A stretch of 64,000 bases of DNA from an uncultured Clostridia bacterium (GTDB lineage Bacteria > Bacillota > Clostridia > Christensenellales > UBA1242): assembly GCA_944383295.1 (NCBI GenBank), contig CALWOW010000008.1, forward strand, positions 9,570 through 73,569. Reading direction: 5' to 3'. Position numbers and translations under genes: made by a program. The stretch's first letter is position 1; each line of letters starts with the position of its first letter. Shown in pieces: positions 47,120 to 56,200 of the stretch. The notes beneath the pieces are model-generated. The model made no database searches. It worked only from the letters and a program-made list of their open reading frames with translations, and was not told the DNA's origin.

Positions 47120-47162
47120 AAACAACTATTCGTAAAATTTAAAATTACGAATAGTTTTTTAA
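47120..47162. terminator. Bidirectional terminator between convergent fba and adh
   Basis: AACTATTCGTAA-aatttaaaa-TTACGAATAGTT flanked by an A-run and a T-run. Confidence 0.75.
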
Positions 47163-47174
47163 TATTAAGATATT

Positions 47175-48347
47175 TTACATACATTTAGTCAAAATTGATA
47201 ATACATCTTCATAAGTTACTTGTTTTTTGTTTGCTATAACAGCACCATCATTTAATGCTTTTTTTGCGATAGCAGGTAAATGGTCCTGTGTAACACGGTA
47301 TTCACTTAAACGCAAAGCCATTCCGCTTAAACTTTGAATTTTCTGTTCAAAATCAATTACAAATTCAATAGCTTTTTTAGCACGTTCTGTTGTTTTTGTA
47401 GTTGCATAAATGTCTGCACCAGCAAGATAAAGTAGTAGCTCGGCATACTCTTTTTCGCATTTGTCTAAATTAAATTTCATACATTCAGGTAGTAGGACAG
47501 CCATAGCATTTCCGTGAGGTACACCACATTCACCACCGCAAGCGTGACCTATTGCGTGTACAATACCAACCATTGCATTGCTAAAAGCGATTCCAGCAAG
47601 AGTTGAAGCAAGGTTTAATTTTTGTCTGCTTTCCGTTGTTGGTGTGCTCAATACTTTAGGCAAGTTCTCAACGATTAGTTTAATAGCGGTGGTTGCGTAA
47701 GCATCTGAAATAGGATTTTTTTGCGCACTTGAGTATGCTTCTATAGAGTGGCAAAGAGCGTCCATTGCGCTACTAGCAATTAGTTTTGCGGGTAAAGTTT
47801 CGGTTAATCTTGCATCTACGATTGCTACGTCAGGGAGTAACTCGCTAGATATAAACTCCATTTTAATACCTGTTTCGTGATTTTTTATAACAGCAACTGC
47901 AGTGCATTCGCTTCCCGTTCCGCAGGTGGTAGGTAACACTATAAACGGAATGTGCAAACCCTTTTTAATAACTTCATTACCTGATAATGATAAAATATCT
48001 TTACCTTGTTGTGAAATTACTAATCTTGTTCCTTTTGCTGTGTCAATAACAGAACCGCCACCGCAAGCAATTATTCCATCGCAACCACTTTGCTTGTATT
48101 TTTGGACTATTTCATTAATCACGGCTATACTACTATCAGCTGGTATATCTGTAAAAATATTGTCAGTGTGCACATCGTTTTTAGTTAAAATTTTTAAAAC
48201 TTTATCTAAAACTCCAGCCTTAAAAACCCCATTATCACTTAAAATCATAGGGTTTTTACAATTAAGAAAATCAAGTTCGTATGCAATGTTTTCAATAGCA
48301 TTTTCACCTGAACAAATTTTAACCGAGTTTATAAATTCAAAATACAT
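47175..48347 (-). CDS. Iron-containing (group III) alcohol dehydrogenase
   Basis: GGGSVIDTAKG, Fe-ADH His cluster (HSIEAY, VHAIGHACGGECGVPHG), 390 aa. Confidence 0.85.
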   Translation of the reverse strand: MYFEFINSVKICSGENAIENIAYELDFLNCKNPMILSDNGVFKAGVLDKVLKILTKNDVHTDNIFTDIPADSSIAVINEIVQKYKQSGCDGIIACGGGSVIDTAKGTRLVISQQGKDILSLSGNEVIKKGLHIPFIVLPTTCGTGSECTAVAVIKNHETGIKMEFISSELLPDVAIVDARLTETLPAKLIASSAMDALCHSIEAYSSAQKNPISDAYATTAIKLIVENLPKVLSTPTTESRQKLNLASTLAGIAFSNAMVGIVHAIGHACGGECGVPHGNAMAVLLPECMKFNLDKCEKEYAELLLYLAGADIYATTKTTERAKKAIEFVIDFEQKIQSLSGMALRLSEYRVTQDHLPAIAKKALNDGAVIANKKQVTYEDVLSILTKCM

Positions 48348-48359
48348 AATATTACTCCT

Positions 48360-48842
48360 TTAATTTGGTTTACTAAGTTTGTTGAAAAATATTTTTCTAT
48401 ACACATTTAAACTACAAGTCTGTTTTTTGATTTTTTCTAAATATCGTTTTGTCATAAAATGAGGGAATAGGTACTTCTCTGTACGATTTATAGCACGAAC
48501 CAAAGTCATTCCTAAGGCAATATCACCGCCAACAATTAAGTCGTGCCTACAATAACTTTCGGCAATACTAGATTGCGCTAACATTACTTTTTTTGCTGAT
48601 TTAGCATTTTTAAACAAAACACGCAAATCTGCTTTTTTTTCGTTTTTGCTTACGTAAATACTTCCGTTCTTTTTTACTAAAAATATGTAATCACCGTAAG
48701 GTAAGACACCAAAACTAATTATATAGTTTTCAGGGATATCGTTTAATTCTTGTTTTATTATAGTATCTTTTTTGTTTAATACAGCAATGCCACGTGCTAG
48801 TACTTTAAATATTAAATTGCATAAAAAATCTTTTTTAGCCAT
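48360..48842 (-). CDS. Hypothetical protein (160 aa), co-oriented 12 nt upstream of adh
   Basis: Start trimmed to the ATG preceded by AAGGTG. No motif recognised. Confidence 0.5.
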   Translation of the reverse strand: MAKKDFLCNLIFKVLARGIAVLNKKDTIIKQELNDIPENYIISFGVLPYGDYIFLVKKNGSIYVSKNEKKADLRVLFKNAKSAKKVMLAQSSIAESYCRHDLIVGGDIALGMTLVRAINRTEKYLFPHFMTKRYLEKIKKQTCSLNVYRKIFFNKLSKPN

Positions 48843-49057
48843 CAAATTCACCTTAATTTTTTCATTATTATAAATCATTTTTTGCAAAAAAACAAATAAA
48901 ATCGATTAAGTTAATTTTTTTATATACTTAAAAAATTTTGAGTACAAGAGCGTAGGGGGAATTTATAATGTTTTGTATTTTAACCCCTTTTACTTTATTA
49001 ATGTAATTATATATATAAAAATATGCTTTAATATTATAAAAAAATTGGATTTTTCTC

Positions 49058-49086
49058 TTGATTTTTTTGGAAACTTATGCTATACT
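49058..49086 (+). promoter_or_regulatory. Promoter of rpmG-secE-nusG (TTGATT-17-TGcTATACT)
   Basis: TTGATT at 49058-49063, extended -10 TG at 49078-49079, TATACT at 49081-49086. Confidence 0.6.
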
Positions 49087-49140
49087 ACTTTACACACTGC
49101 CGTAAAGTAGTGTAATTTTTTATTAAGCGAGGTTACTAAA

Positions 49141-49290
49141 ATGCGCGTAAACATAAAACTTGCTTGCACAGAATGCAAAAGATACACACACACTTCTCAA
49201 AAGAATAAGAAGAATGACCCAGACCGTATGGAAATCAGTATGTATTGCCCATTCTGCAAAAAGCACACAATTCACAAAGAAAGTAAATAA
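49141..49290 (+). CDS. rpmG: 50S ribosomal protein L33 (zinc-ribbon form); absent from the ORF track (<60 aa)
   Basis: [49 protein letters not shown]. Four Cys retained. GAGGT SD. Lies upstream of secE-nusG. Confidence 0.85.
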   Translation: MRVNIKLACTECKRYTHTSQKNKKNDPDRMEISMYCPFCKKHTIHKESK

Positions 49291-49331
49291 TTGCGAAATA
49301 ATTTAATGACAAGTGCGAATTAGGAGGCAAA

Positions 49332-49880
49332 ATGTCAAAATCTAAATCTAAGTCAAAAAAGAATGCGAATACAGGTTCAAACGCAAAAAATATCAAGGCG
49401 CTTATTAGTCAAAACAAGATGATTGAGGCGCAAAATGCCGAAGCGGAACAAAGAAAGTTGGAAGAGCAAGAGGCAAGAAGAAAAGCAAAAGAAGAAGCTA
49501 CAAAAGCAGTTGAAGCCGATGAAATTATTGCTGAAAAAGATGAAAATGCTCCAGTCGAACCTGTAACTACAACTGAACAATCTACGCAAAAGACTGACAA
49601 AAAGGTTGAAAAAGCGGATGATAAGGCTAAGGTTGATGCAAAAGACAAAAAAGATGACAAAAAGAAAAAGAAACCTGAAAAAGAAAAACGTGGCGTAGGT
49701 AAGCGAATTAAAGAAACAGTTAGTGAATTAAAGAAGGTATCATGGCCAAGTTTCAAGAACGTAGTTAAAAAGACAGGTATAGTATTAGCTGTTGTTATTT
49801 TCTTTGGTGTTTGCTTGTTCGCCTTTGACTTCTTGTTGTCTATGCTTTACAATTTGTTACAAGGGAAACCTGTAGTTTAA
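49332..49880 (+). CDS. secE: Preprotein translocase subunit SecE with ~120-aa charged N-terminal extension
   Basis: The C-terminal 60 aa (VSELKKVSWPSFKNVVKKTGIVLAVVIFFGVCLFAFDFLL) form the complete single-TM SecE. Sits in the rpmG-secE-nusG context. Confidence 0.8.
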   Translation: MSKSKSKSKKNANTGSNAKNIKALISQNKMIEAQNAEAEQRKLEEQEARRKAKEEATKAVEADEIIAEKDENAPVEPVTTTEQSTQKTDKKVEKADDKAKVDAKDKKDDKKKKKPEKEKRGVGKRIKETVSELKKVSWPSFKNVVKKTGIVLAVVIFFGVCLFAFDFLLSMLYNLLQGKPVV

Positions 49881-49895
49881 GGGAGGGGAAAGTAA

Positions 49896-50426
49896 ATGTC
49901 AAATTTTATGAGTACAGAACCTAAATGGTATATTTTGCACACTTTTTCTGGATATGAAGCAGTTGCAAAACAAAATCTTGAACAAGTGGTTGAAAATGGT
50001 AATTTACACGACAGAATTTTTGAAATCGTGATACCTACAGAAGATGTAATTGAAGAAAATAATGGAAAACGCAAGATTGTGACTCGTAAATCTATGCCAT
50101 GTTACATTTTCATAAAAATGATTTACGGTGATGATATTTGGCACACAATTACTCACACACGTGGTATTACTGGTTTTGTTGGACCAAAAGGTCGCCCTTT
50201 ACCTTTGACGGAAGAAGAAATTCGCAAAATGCATCTTGAAAAGGTTGCAGTTGACTTTACATTAGAAGTAGGAGATGAAGTGCGTATATTAAGTGGTGCA
50301 CTTATGAATACTGTATGTAAAGTGACAAAAGTTGACCCAGAAAATCAACGTTGCAGTGTTTCGGTAAATATGTTTGGACGTGAAACACCGCTCGAACTTC
50401 CTTATTCGCAAGTTACAAAAATTTAA
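49896..50426 (+). CDS. nusG: Transcription termination/antitermination factor NusG
   Basis: KWYILHTFSGYE NGN domain and C-terminal KOW (GDEVRILSGALMNTVCKV). Confidence 0.9.
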   Translation: MSNFMSTEPKWYILHTFSGYEAVAKQNLEQVVENGNLHDRIFEIVIPTEDVIEENNGKRKIVTRKSMPCYIFIKMIYGDDIWHTITHTRGITGFVGPKGRPLPLTEEEIRKMHLEKVAVDFTLEVGDEVRILSGALMNTVCKVTKVDPENQRCSVSVNMFGRETPLELPYSQVTKI

Positions 50427-50623
50427 TTTTTATCATTTTACTTTACGGCTGTGCCTAGTGGGACTGTAAATATACAGATGCAAATTGTTGTCATACTTAG
50501 GTATGTTCACTAGGCACCTTATGTATTTGGTTTATACGCTAATGCGGTAAACATATTGGTGGGAGAGTAAGGTGAAATCTTTTAACGCTTTATTCGTTTT
50601 TACCACAAGAGGAGATTAACAAA
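50427..50623 (+). promoter_or_regulatory. Long structured leader upstream of rplK-rplA (candidate r-protein autoregulatory leader)
   Basis: 197-nt spacer. Perfect 10-bp inverted repeat GTGCCTAGTG (50451-50460) / CACTAGGCAC (50508-50517). Function is inferred from position only. Confidence 0.3.
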
Positions 50624-51064
50624 ATGGCAGAAAGAAAACCTGTAGCAGTTGTTAAGATTCAGCTACCTGCTGGTAAAGCAACAGCTGGTCAACAACTTGG
50701 TGGTGCACTTGGTCCTCACGGTGTAAACATTGGTGCTTTTATTAAGCAATTCAATGAAGCAACCGCAAGTCAAGTGGGTTTGATTATTCCAGCAATAATC
50801 AAAGTTTATGCAGATAGAAGTTTTGAAATTGTTTACAAAACTCCACCTGCAGCAGTATTAATTAAAAAAGCAATGGGTATCGAAAAGGGTAGTGCTAAAG
50901 CCCCTAAAATTCAAGTAGGTACAATTACTAAAAAACAAGTTCGTGAAATTGCAGAAACTAAAATGAAGGATTTAAACGCTGCTTCTGTTGAAGCCGCTAT
51001 GTCAATGATTGCGGGAACCGCTCGTAGTATGGGTGTAACCGTAGTTGATGACGAGCAAGCGTAG
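50624..51064 (+). CDS. rplK: 50S ribosomal protein L11
   Basis: [25 protein letters not shown] N-terminus ([27 protein letters not shown]). Confidence 0.95.
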   Translation: MAERKPVAVVKIQLPAGKATAGQQLGGALGPHGVNIGAFIKQFNEATASQVGLIIPAIIKVYADRSFEIVYKTPPAAVLIKKAMGIEKGSAKAPKIQVGTITKKQVREIAETKMKDLNAASVEAAMSMIAGTARSMGVTVVDDEQA

Positions 51065-51077
51065 GAGGTTGGAATTT

Positions 51078-51755
51078 ATGAAAGGTAAAAAATATCAAGC
51101 TGCTGCCGCTTTAGTTGACAGCGCAAAAACTTATTCTCCTACTGAAGCTATTGATTTAGCTATCAAGACTGCAACTGCAAAATTTGACGAAACTGTTGAA
51201 CTTCACGTAAAATTAGGTGTTGATGGACAACAAGCAGACCAACAAGTACGTGGTACTGTTGTGCTTCCTGCTGGAACAGGTAAAAATGTTCGTGTATTAG
51301 TAATCGCAAAGGGGGACAATGCCGATATAGCAACTAATGCTGGTGCTGATTACGTTGGTGCAGAAGAAACTGTTGCTAAAATCGCAGGTGGTTGGTTAGA
51401 CTTTGATGTATGTATTACTACACCTGATACCTTCGGTATTTTAGGTCGTGTTGCTAAAATCCTTGGACCTAAGGGTTTGATGCCAACACCAAAGAGTGGT
51501 ACTGTTACTACTGATGTAGCAAAAGCTGTTAAAGAATTTAAGGCTGGTAAAGTTGAATATCGTTTGGATAAAAGTAACATTATCCACTGTCCAATCGGTA
51601 AAGTAAGCTTTGGTCCTGAAAAATTGATGGAAAACTATCAAACACTTATGGACGCTATCGTAAGAGCAAAACCTGCTGCAAGCAAGGGTACTTACTTAAA
51701 GAGCGTTACATTGTCTGCAACAATGGGGCCTGGTATTAAAGTACAAGCAAATTAA
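51078..51755 (+). CDS. rplA: 50S ribosomal protein L1
   Basis: [14 protein letters not shown] start after [17 protein letters not shown] motif. Confidence 0.95.
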   Translation: MKGKKYQAAAALVDSAKTYSPTEAIDLAIKTATAKFDETVELHVKLGVDGQQADQQVRGTVVLPAGTGKNVRVLVIAKGDNADIATNAGADYVGAEETVAKIAGGWLDFDVCITTPDTFGILGRVAKILGPKGLMPTPKSGTVTTDVAKAVKEFKAGKVEYRLDKSNIIHCPIGKVSFGPEKLMENYQTLMDAIVRAKPAASKGTYLKSVTLSATMGPGIKVQAN

Positions 51756-51762
51756 TGTTACA

Positions 51763-51794
51763 AAAGACTATTTTCTAAAAATAGTCTTTTTTTG
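51763..51794 (+). terminator. Intrinsic terminator after rplA
   Basis: AAAGACTATTT-ttct-AAAATAGTCTTT followed by a T-run. Confidence 0.8.
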
Positions 51795-51904
51795 TTATAT
51801 TTTGAAATTTTGGGTCTATTTTTATTATTTATTATATAGTTGTATTTTTTACTTGCTTGTATATGCTATATATGATATTATATGAAATAAAAAAGGGGGC
51901 TGTT

Positions 51905-52519
51905 GTGAAAAATAAAAGTTCCACAAATTCAAGCGATATCATTTCAAACGATGTTGCTAAAAATATTGTTAATGGTATAAATGATTTGCGAAATGAAATA
52001 GAAAATCAACAAAATTTTGCAGAAAATAAAAATACGGCTGAAGATAAAAATGGGGTTAAAGCTGATAGTGAATTATACAATCCGCCAAACCAACATAAAT
52101 CTACTTTATTTATGCTAAACAATAATGAGCCACAGCCTCAAAGTTTTGAGCCATATTTAAAGGATATTCCTGCTTATCAAAAAAGCAATAGTTTGCAACT
52201 TACAAGTTACGGTACAGCAGCGGTGGTGTTAGCAATTATTACTTTAATATGTTCTGTTTTTTTGATTTTACCTATTGCTATCAATCCTGATATGACTGAC
52301 ACTTCAAAAATGGATTTTTTCTTCTATTTGTTTTTTGTAATTTTAGCGCCCGCTGTTGGTCTGATAGGTAGTGTGTTGTGTGGTCTAGCATCTGCTCTAT
52401 TAGGCATTGTTGCTATTTTTAAATCACACAAACGAACGATTTCGTGGGTGGGGTTTTCTTTAGGAATTATTGTTCTTGCTTATGTGGTTATTTTGGCAGG
52501 TATTTATCTGTTGGGTTAA
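51905..52519 (+). CDS. Hypothetical membrane protein (N-terminal disordered region plus 4 TM)
   Basis: GTG start 5 nt after AAGGGGG. C-terminal hydrophobic helices (AAVVLAIITLICSVFLILPI etc.). Confidence 0.5.
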   Translation: MKNKSSTNSSDIISNDVAKNIVNGINDLRNEIENQQNFAENKNTAEDKNGVKADSELYNPPNQHKSTLFMLNNNEPQPQSFEPYLKDIPAYQKSNSLQLTSYGTAAVVLAIITLICSVFLILPIAINPDMTDTSKMDFFFYLFFVILAPAVGLIGSVLCGLASALLGIVAIFKSHKRTISWVGFSLGIIVLAYVVILAGIYLLG

Positions 52520-52585
52520 TATGATTAAATTAATTGCTAAAATTATTTAATTTTGTTATAATAATATTGTTGGAGGTGACACGCT

Positions 52586-53128
52586 ATGCAAATTCAATTT
52601 ATGGCAAAAAATTATACTATAAGTCAAAAGTTGGAAAGTATTATTAAGGAAAAGGTAGGGAAATTGGACCGTTACTTTGCTGATACCGCTTCAGCAAAAG
52701 TTGTTTGTTCTCGTATAGGTAAGGATAATTTTAAATTAGAATTAACTATAAAAGATAAAGGTTTGTTATTCCGTAGTGAGGTAATTAGTGACAATATGTA
52801 TCAAAACATTGACCTTGCTTTACCAAAGGTAGAACGACAAATTGTAAAATACTCCACTAAATTAAAAGACAAATTGCGTCAAAACGCAAAATTAAACGAA
52901 TTGTTGTTTAATGATGACTTTGATTATGAAATTAATCCAGAAGAATGTAAAGTTAGCAAGATTAAAAACTTTAACATTTATCCTTTAACGGTAAATGAAG
53001 CGATTATGGAGTTGGAAAATTCTGACCACGCATTTTATGTTTATCTAAATGCTGATAACGGCAAGGTAAATGTTATATACAAGCGTACCGAAGGCGATTA
53101 TGGTATCATCGACCCAACTTTAGATTAG
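52586..53128 (+). CDS. hpf: Ribosome hibernation-promoting factor (long form)
   Basis: MQIQFMAKNYTISQKLESIIKEKVGKLDRYF sigma-54-modulation/RaiA fold, plus a C-terminal dimerisation domain (FYVYLNADNGKVNVIYKRTEGDYGIIDP). Confidence 0.85.
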   Translation: MQIQFMAKNYTISQKLESIIKEKVGKLDRYFADTASAKVVCSRIGKDNFKLELTIKDKGLLFRSEVISDNMYQNIDLALPKVERQIVKYSTKLKDKLRQNAKLNELLFNDDFDYEINPEECKVSKIKNFNIYPLTVNEAIMELENSDHAFYVYLNADNGKVNVIYKRTEGDYGIIDPTLD

Positions 53129-53133
53129 TTAAA

Positions 53134-53164
53134 AAATATCAACTCTTGTTGATATTTTTTTATT
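53134..53164 (+). terminator. Intrinsic terminator after hpf
   Basis: AATATCAAC-tct-TGTTGATATT followed by a T-run. Confidence 0.8.
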
Positions 53165-53177
53165 TTGTTGTAATTGT

Positions 53178-53206
53178 TTGATTTTTTTATAAGTATTTTA
53201 TATAAT
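53178..53206 (+). promoter_or_regulatory. Promoter of surface-protein gene 2 (TTGATT-17-TATAAT)
   Basis: TTGATT at 53178-53183 and TATAAT at 53201-53206. Confidence 0.55.
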
Positions 53207-53280
53207 CTTTGTAGGATACTAACTACATAGGCTTTATAAAATAGTAAAAGTTAAAATAATAAACTAAAGAGAGTAGGAAG

Positions 53281-56200
53281 ATGGTTTTAAAAAAGTTAAT
53301 ATCAAGCAAATTATTTATGCTTATTTTAGGTTTTTTGGGCGGTGTACTAATTCTAGGAGTTATTTTAATAAGTGTAAATTATAAAGGGACCTTAAAAGCG
53401 GATACATACGATTCTGCAAATGGCAATTTTGTAATTTCAACTGTTGCAGATATAAGTAATTTTGCGAAAGATGTAAATGCGGGCAACTATAATTGCTTTG
53501 AGGGTATTACGGTTACTTTGGGTGACAATATAGATATGGGTAGCACTTGGACATTTATTGCCTCAAATTCTACATATCCTTTTAAAGGCACTTTTGATGG
53601 TAATGGTTTTACAATTTCGAATGTTTATTATAGTGGCTCTTCAAGATATGCTGCTATGTTTTTATATACTAATTCTGCATCTTTTAAAAATCTAAACATA
53701 TCAAAAGTTACAATGAGGTCAACTTACTCTGGATTTAGGTATATAGCAGGTCTTATATATTCAGCAACAGGTAATACAGTGATTGACTCAGTAAATATAA
53801 CGGACCCATATATATATCAAAGTGGGAGCGCAAGTAATGACTATGGTGGTTATACAACAGGTTATGTTCATACACATACAGAGGGTACAATTACCTTTAA
53901 TAATTGTATTTTAAGTATGTCCACATCTGGTGGAATCGGTGGTGGTACAAGGACTGTACGTGCTTGCGGATTTTTGGGAAGTACTGCTGGAAATTTAACT
54001 TTTACAAATTCTAAACTATACTTAAATTATAGTTCAATTTACGCAAGAGATTCCAACAATTCCTCAAACCCAGCTAATTCTACATATGCTGCTGGAGTTG
54101 TAAGTAGTGTAACAGGTGTTTTGTATGTTGATAATTGTGAATTAAATATAGGCTCAAGCGGAATAAACTCTTCTACCTATTCTACTAGGTCTTCTACGGC
54201 AAATGGCTGGGCTGCTGGGTTAGGTTGTACATTAAACAATACTGCCAATATGATTAAAAATACAACAATAAATATATCTGCTAGTGTAAAATCAGATGGT
54301 GCAGGTGGATATACGGGTGGTGTAGCATGCATTTATTCGGGTACAATGGAAAATGTTACAGTCAACGTTAGATGTACAAATGGAGTATATGCTTCTGCGT
54401 ACTATGATGCATATGCTGGCGGTTTTGTAGAGAGAAGTAATAGTAACAACCCAATAACATTTAATAATTGTAAATTAAATGTGGAGAGTACATCAGGTAT
54501 TTATGCTTACGGAAGTAGTACCAGCAGTAATTATGGTGAAGGAATAAGTTATGCTTATGGCTTTACAAGAGCAAGTGCAACATGTAATAATTGTATTGTT
54601 ACAAATGATAGCGGTACTTTAGTAGAAAAGATGATATATTCAAGAGCTTTTGACACTTACGCAGGCGGAATGTGTAATGGGACAATAAATAATAGTACAG
54701 TTGAGAAAGTTTCGATTAGAGCGGACTGCATTTCGAATACTAATGGTATTGCATATGGTTTTGGTAGCAGTGCAGTGACAAAAAATTGCGTCACTGACGG
54801 TTGTTCAATAGAAGGAGTTTATGCTTACGGAATGAATGGTTCATCTGTCGATGGTGGGATTGTAAGAAATTGTACAATAACAGGCGGAGTTGGATATTCA
54901 ATTTCTTCAAGTACGTATGTAGATTCAGGTGCGTATGGAATATGTAGAAGTAGTGCAAGTAATTGTATTTCAGAAAATAATATTATAAAATGCTATATTG
55001 CAAAAAGTTATAATAATGATAGCGGAACAAGTGATGCTCATGCTGCTGGTATAACAGCCGGTAGTAGTTCAACAATTACAAATTGTATTTCAAGCAATAA
55101 CGAAATTTGGGCAGGATATGAAACTTCAAGAGCGGGTAGGGCATATGCTGGTGGTATTGCTTCTCACGGAATTACTACAACTGCTCCTACCATATCTAAT
55201 TGTATCAATACAAGTAATGTAACAGTAGAGGCGCATTACTCTAGTAGTTCGGCTACTAATATTTACGCTGGTGGTATTGCTGCTTATTCTTCAACAATTA
55301 AAAATTGCTTAAACAAAGGTAATATTAGGGCTTGGCGTGATTCTACGACTACAACCCTTTATGGTAGTGTTTATGCTGGTGGTATAACTAGTAGTGGCGG
55401 TACAGTTACAAATTGTGGTAATTTAGGAAATATTACTGTTGAAGGGGCTTCATCTGGAACTATTGTTGCATGCGGGGGAACAAATACTTTTGCTAAATGT
55501 ACATTGACGCTTAATTGTACAACTAATAACATTAGTACTAGTAAGGCAACAATTTATGATTTAACTGAAAATGTTGCAGGGGTACAAACTATTGATCAAA
55601 GTGCCAATTATACCTCTATGAAAGATGAGGCGTATTATAGGGATATTTCTAATTGGAATGCAAGTTACCCTTGGAATTTAGATGAAATATGGGGAATTTA
55701 TAAATTTGGCAATATCAATGATGGTTATCCTGTCATTTTACTAGACAAAATTAAATTTGTAAGTGCGAATGAGGGGATGAATATAACAGCAGAGTCCGAG
55801 TATAGTGTAACTATTAATGTGTCAAACGATTTACCTGTTAAAATCTATACTCTGTATGGTGAAGAGTTGATGCTCGTTGGGAATCGTAGTTATTCGTGGG
55901 AATATGGAAATTTTGAGTGTACTTTGCTTAACAATTCATTGACTATTAACTGCATGAAATATACAAGCGATTCGCTGTTGGGCAAGGTTTTCTTCTTTGA
56001 TTCTTATGAAATTCTATCATATATAAATTATATTGACGATACTGTAAGCATCAATATCAAGTCACAACACACAGACGGTTCAGCAGTTGTAGAAATTAGC
56101 TATCTAAAACCAAATACTAATATAGGTTTTAGATTTAATGGAAGTGAAAAATATTTAATCAAATATAATAAGCACGAAATAGTACATATAAATGATACAA

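Noticed and set aside
47041-47143. Short direct (AAAAACAACTAT x2) and inverted (TTTAAATTTTA) repeats in the fba-adh spacer as a MITE-like element
   Set aside because: The repeats are only 11-12 bp of A/T-rich sequence, with no terminal inverted repeats or target-site duplication. Part of the sequence belongs to the bidirectional terminator, so it is compatible with chance.
47902-48363. 153-aa plus-strand ORF antisense to the iron-ADH gene
   Set aside because: It lies entirely within the adh coding region on the opposite strand, with no SD and an unrecognisable proline/serine-rich product. The adh motifs are unambiguous.
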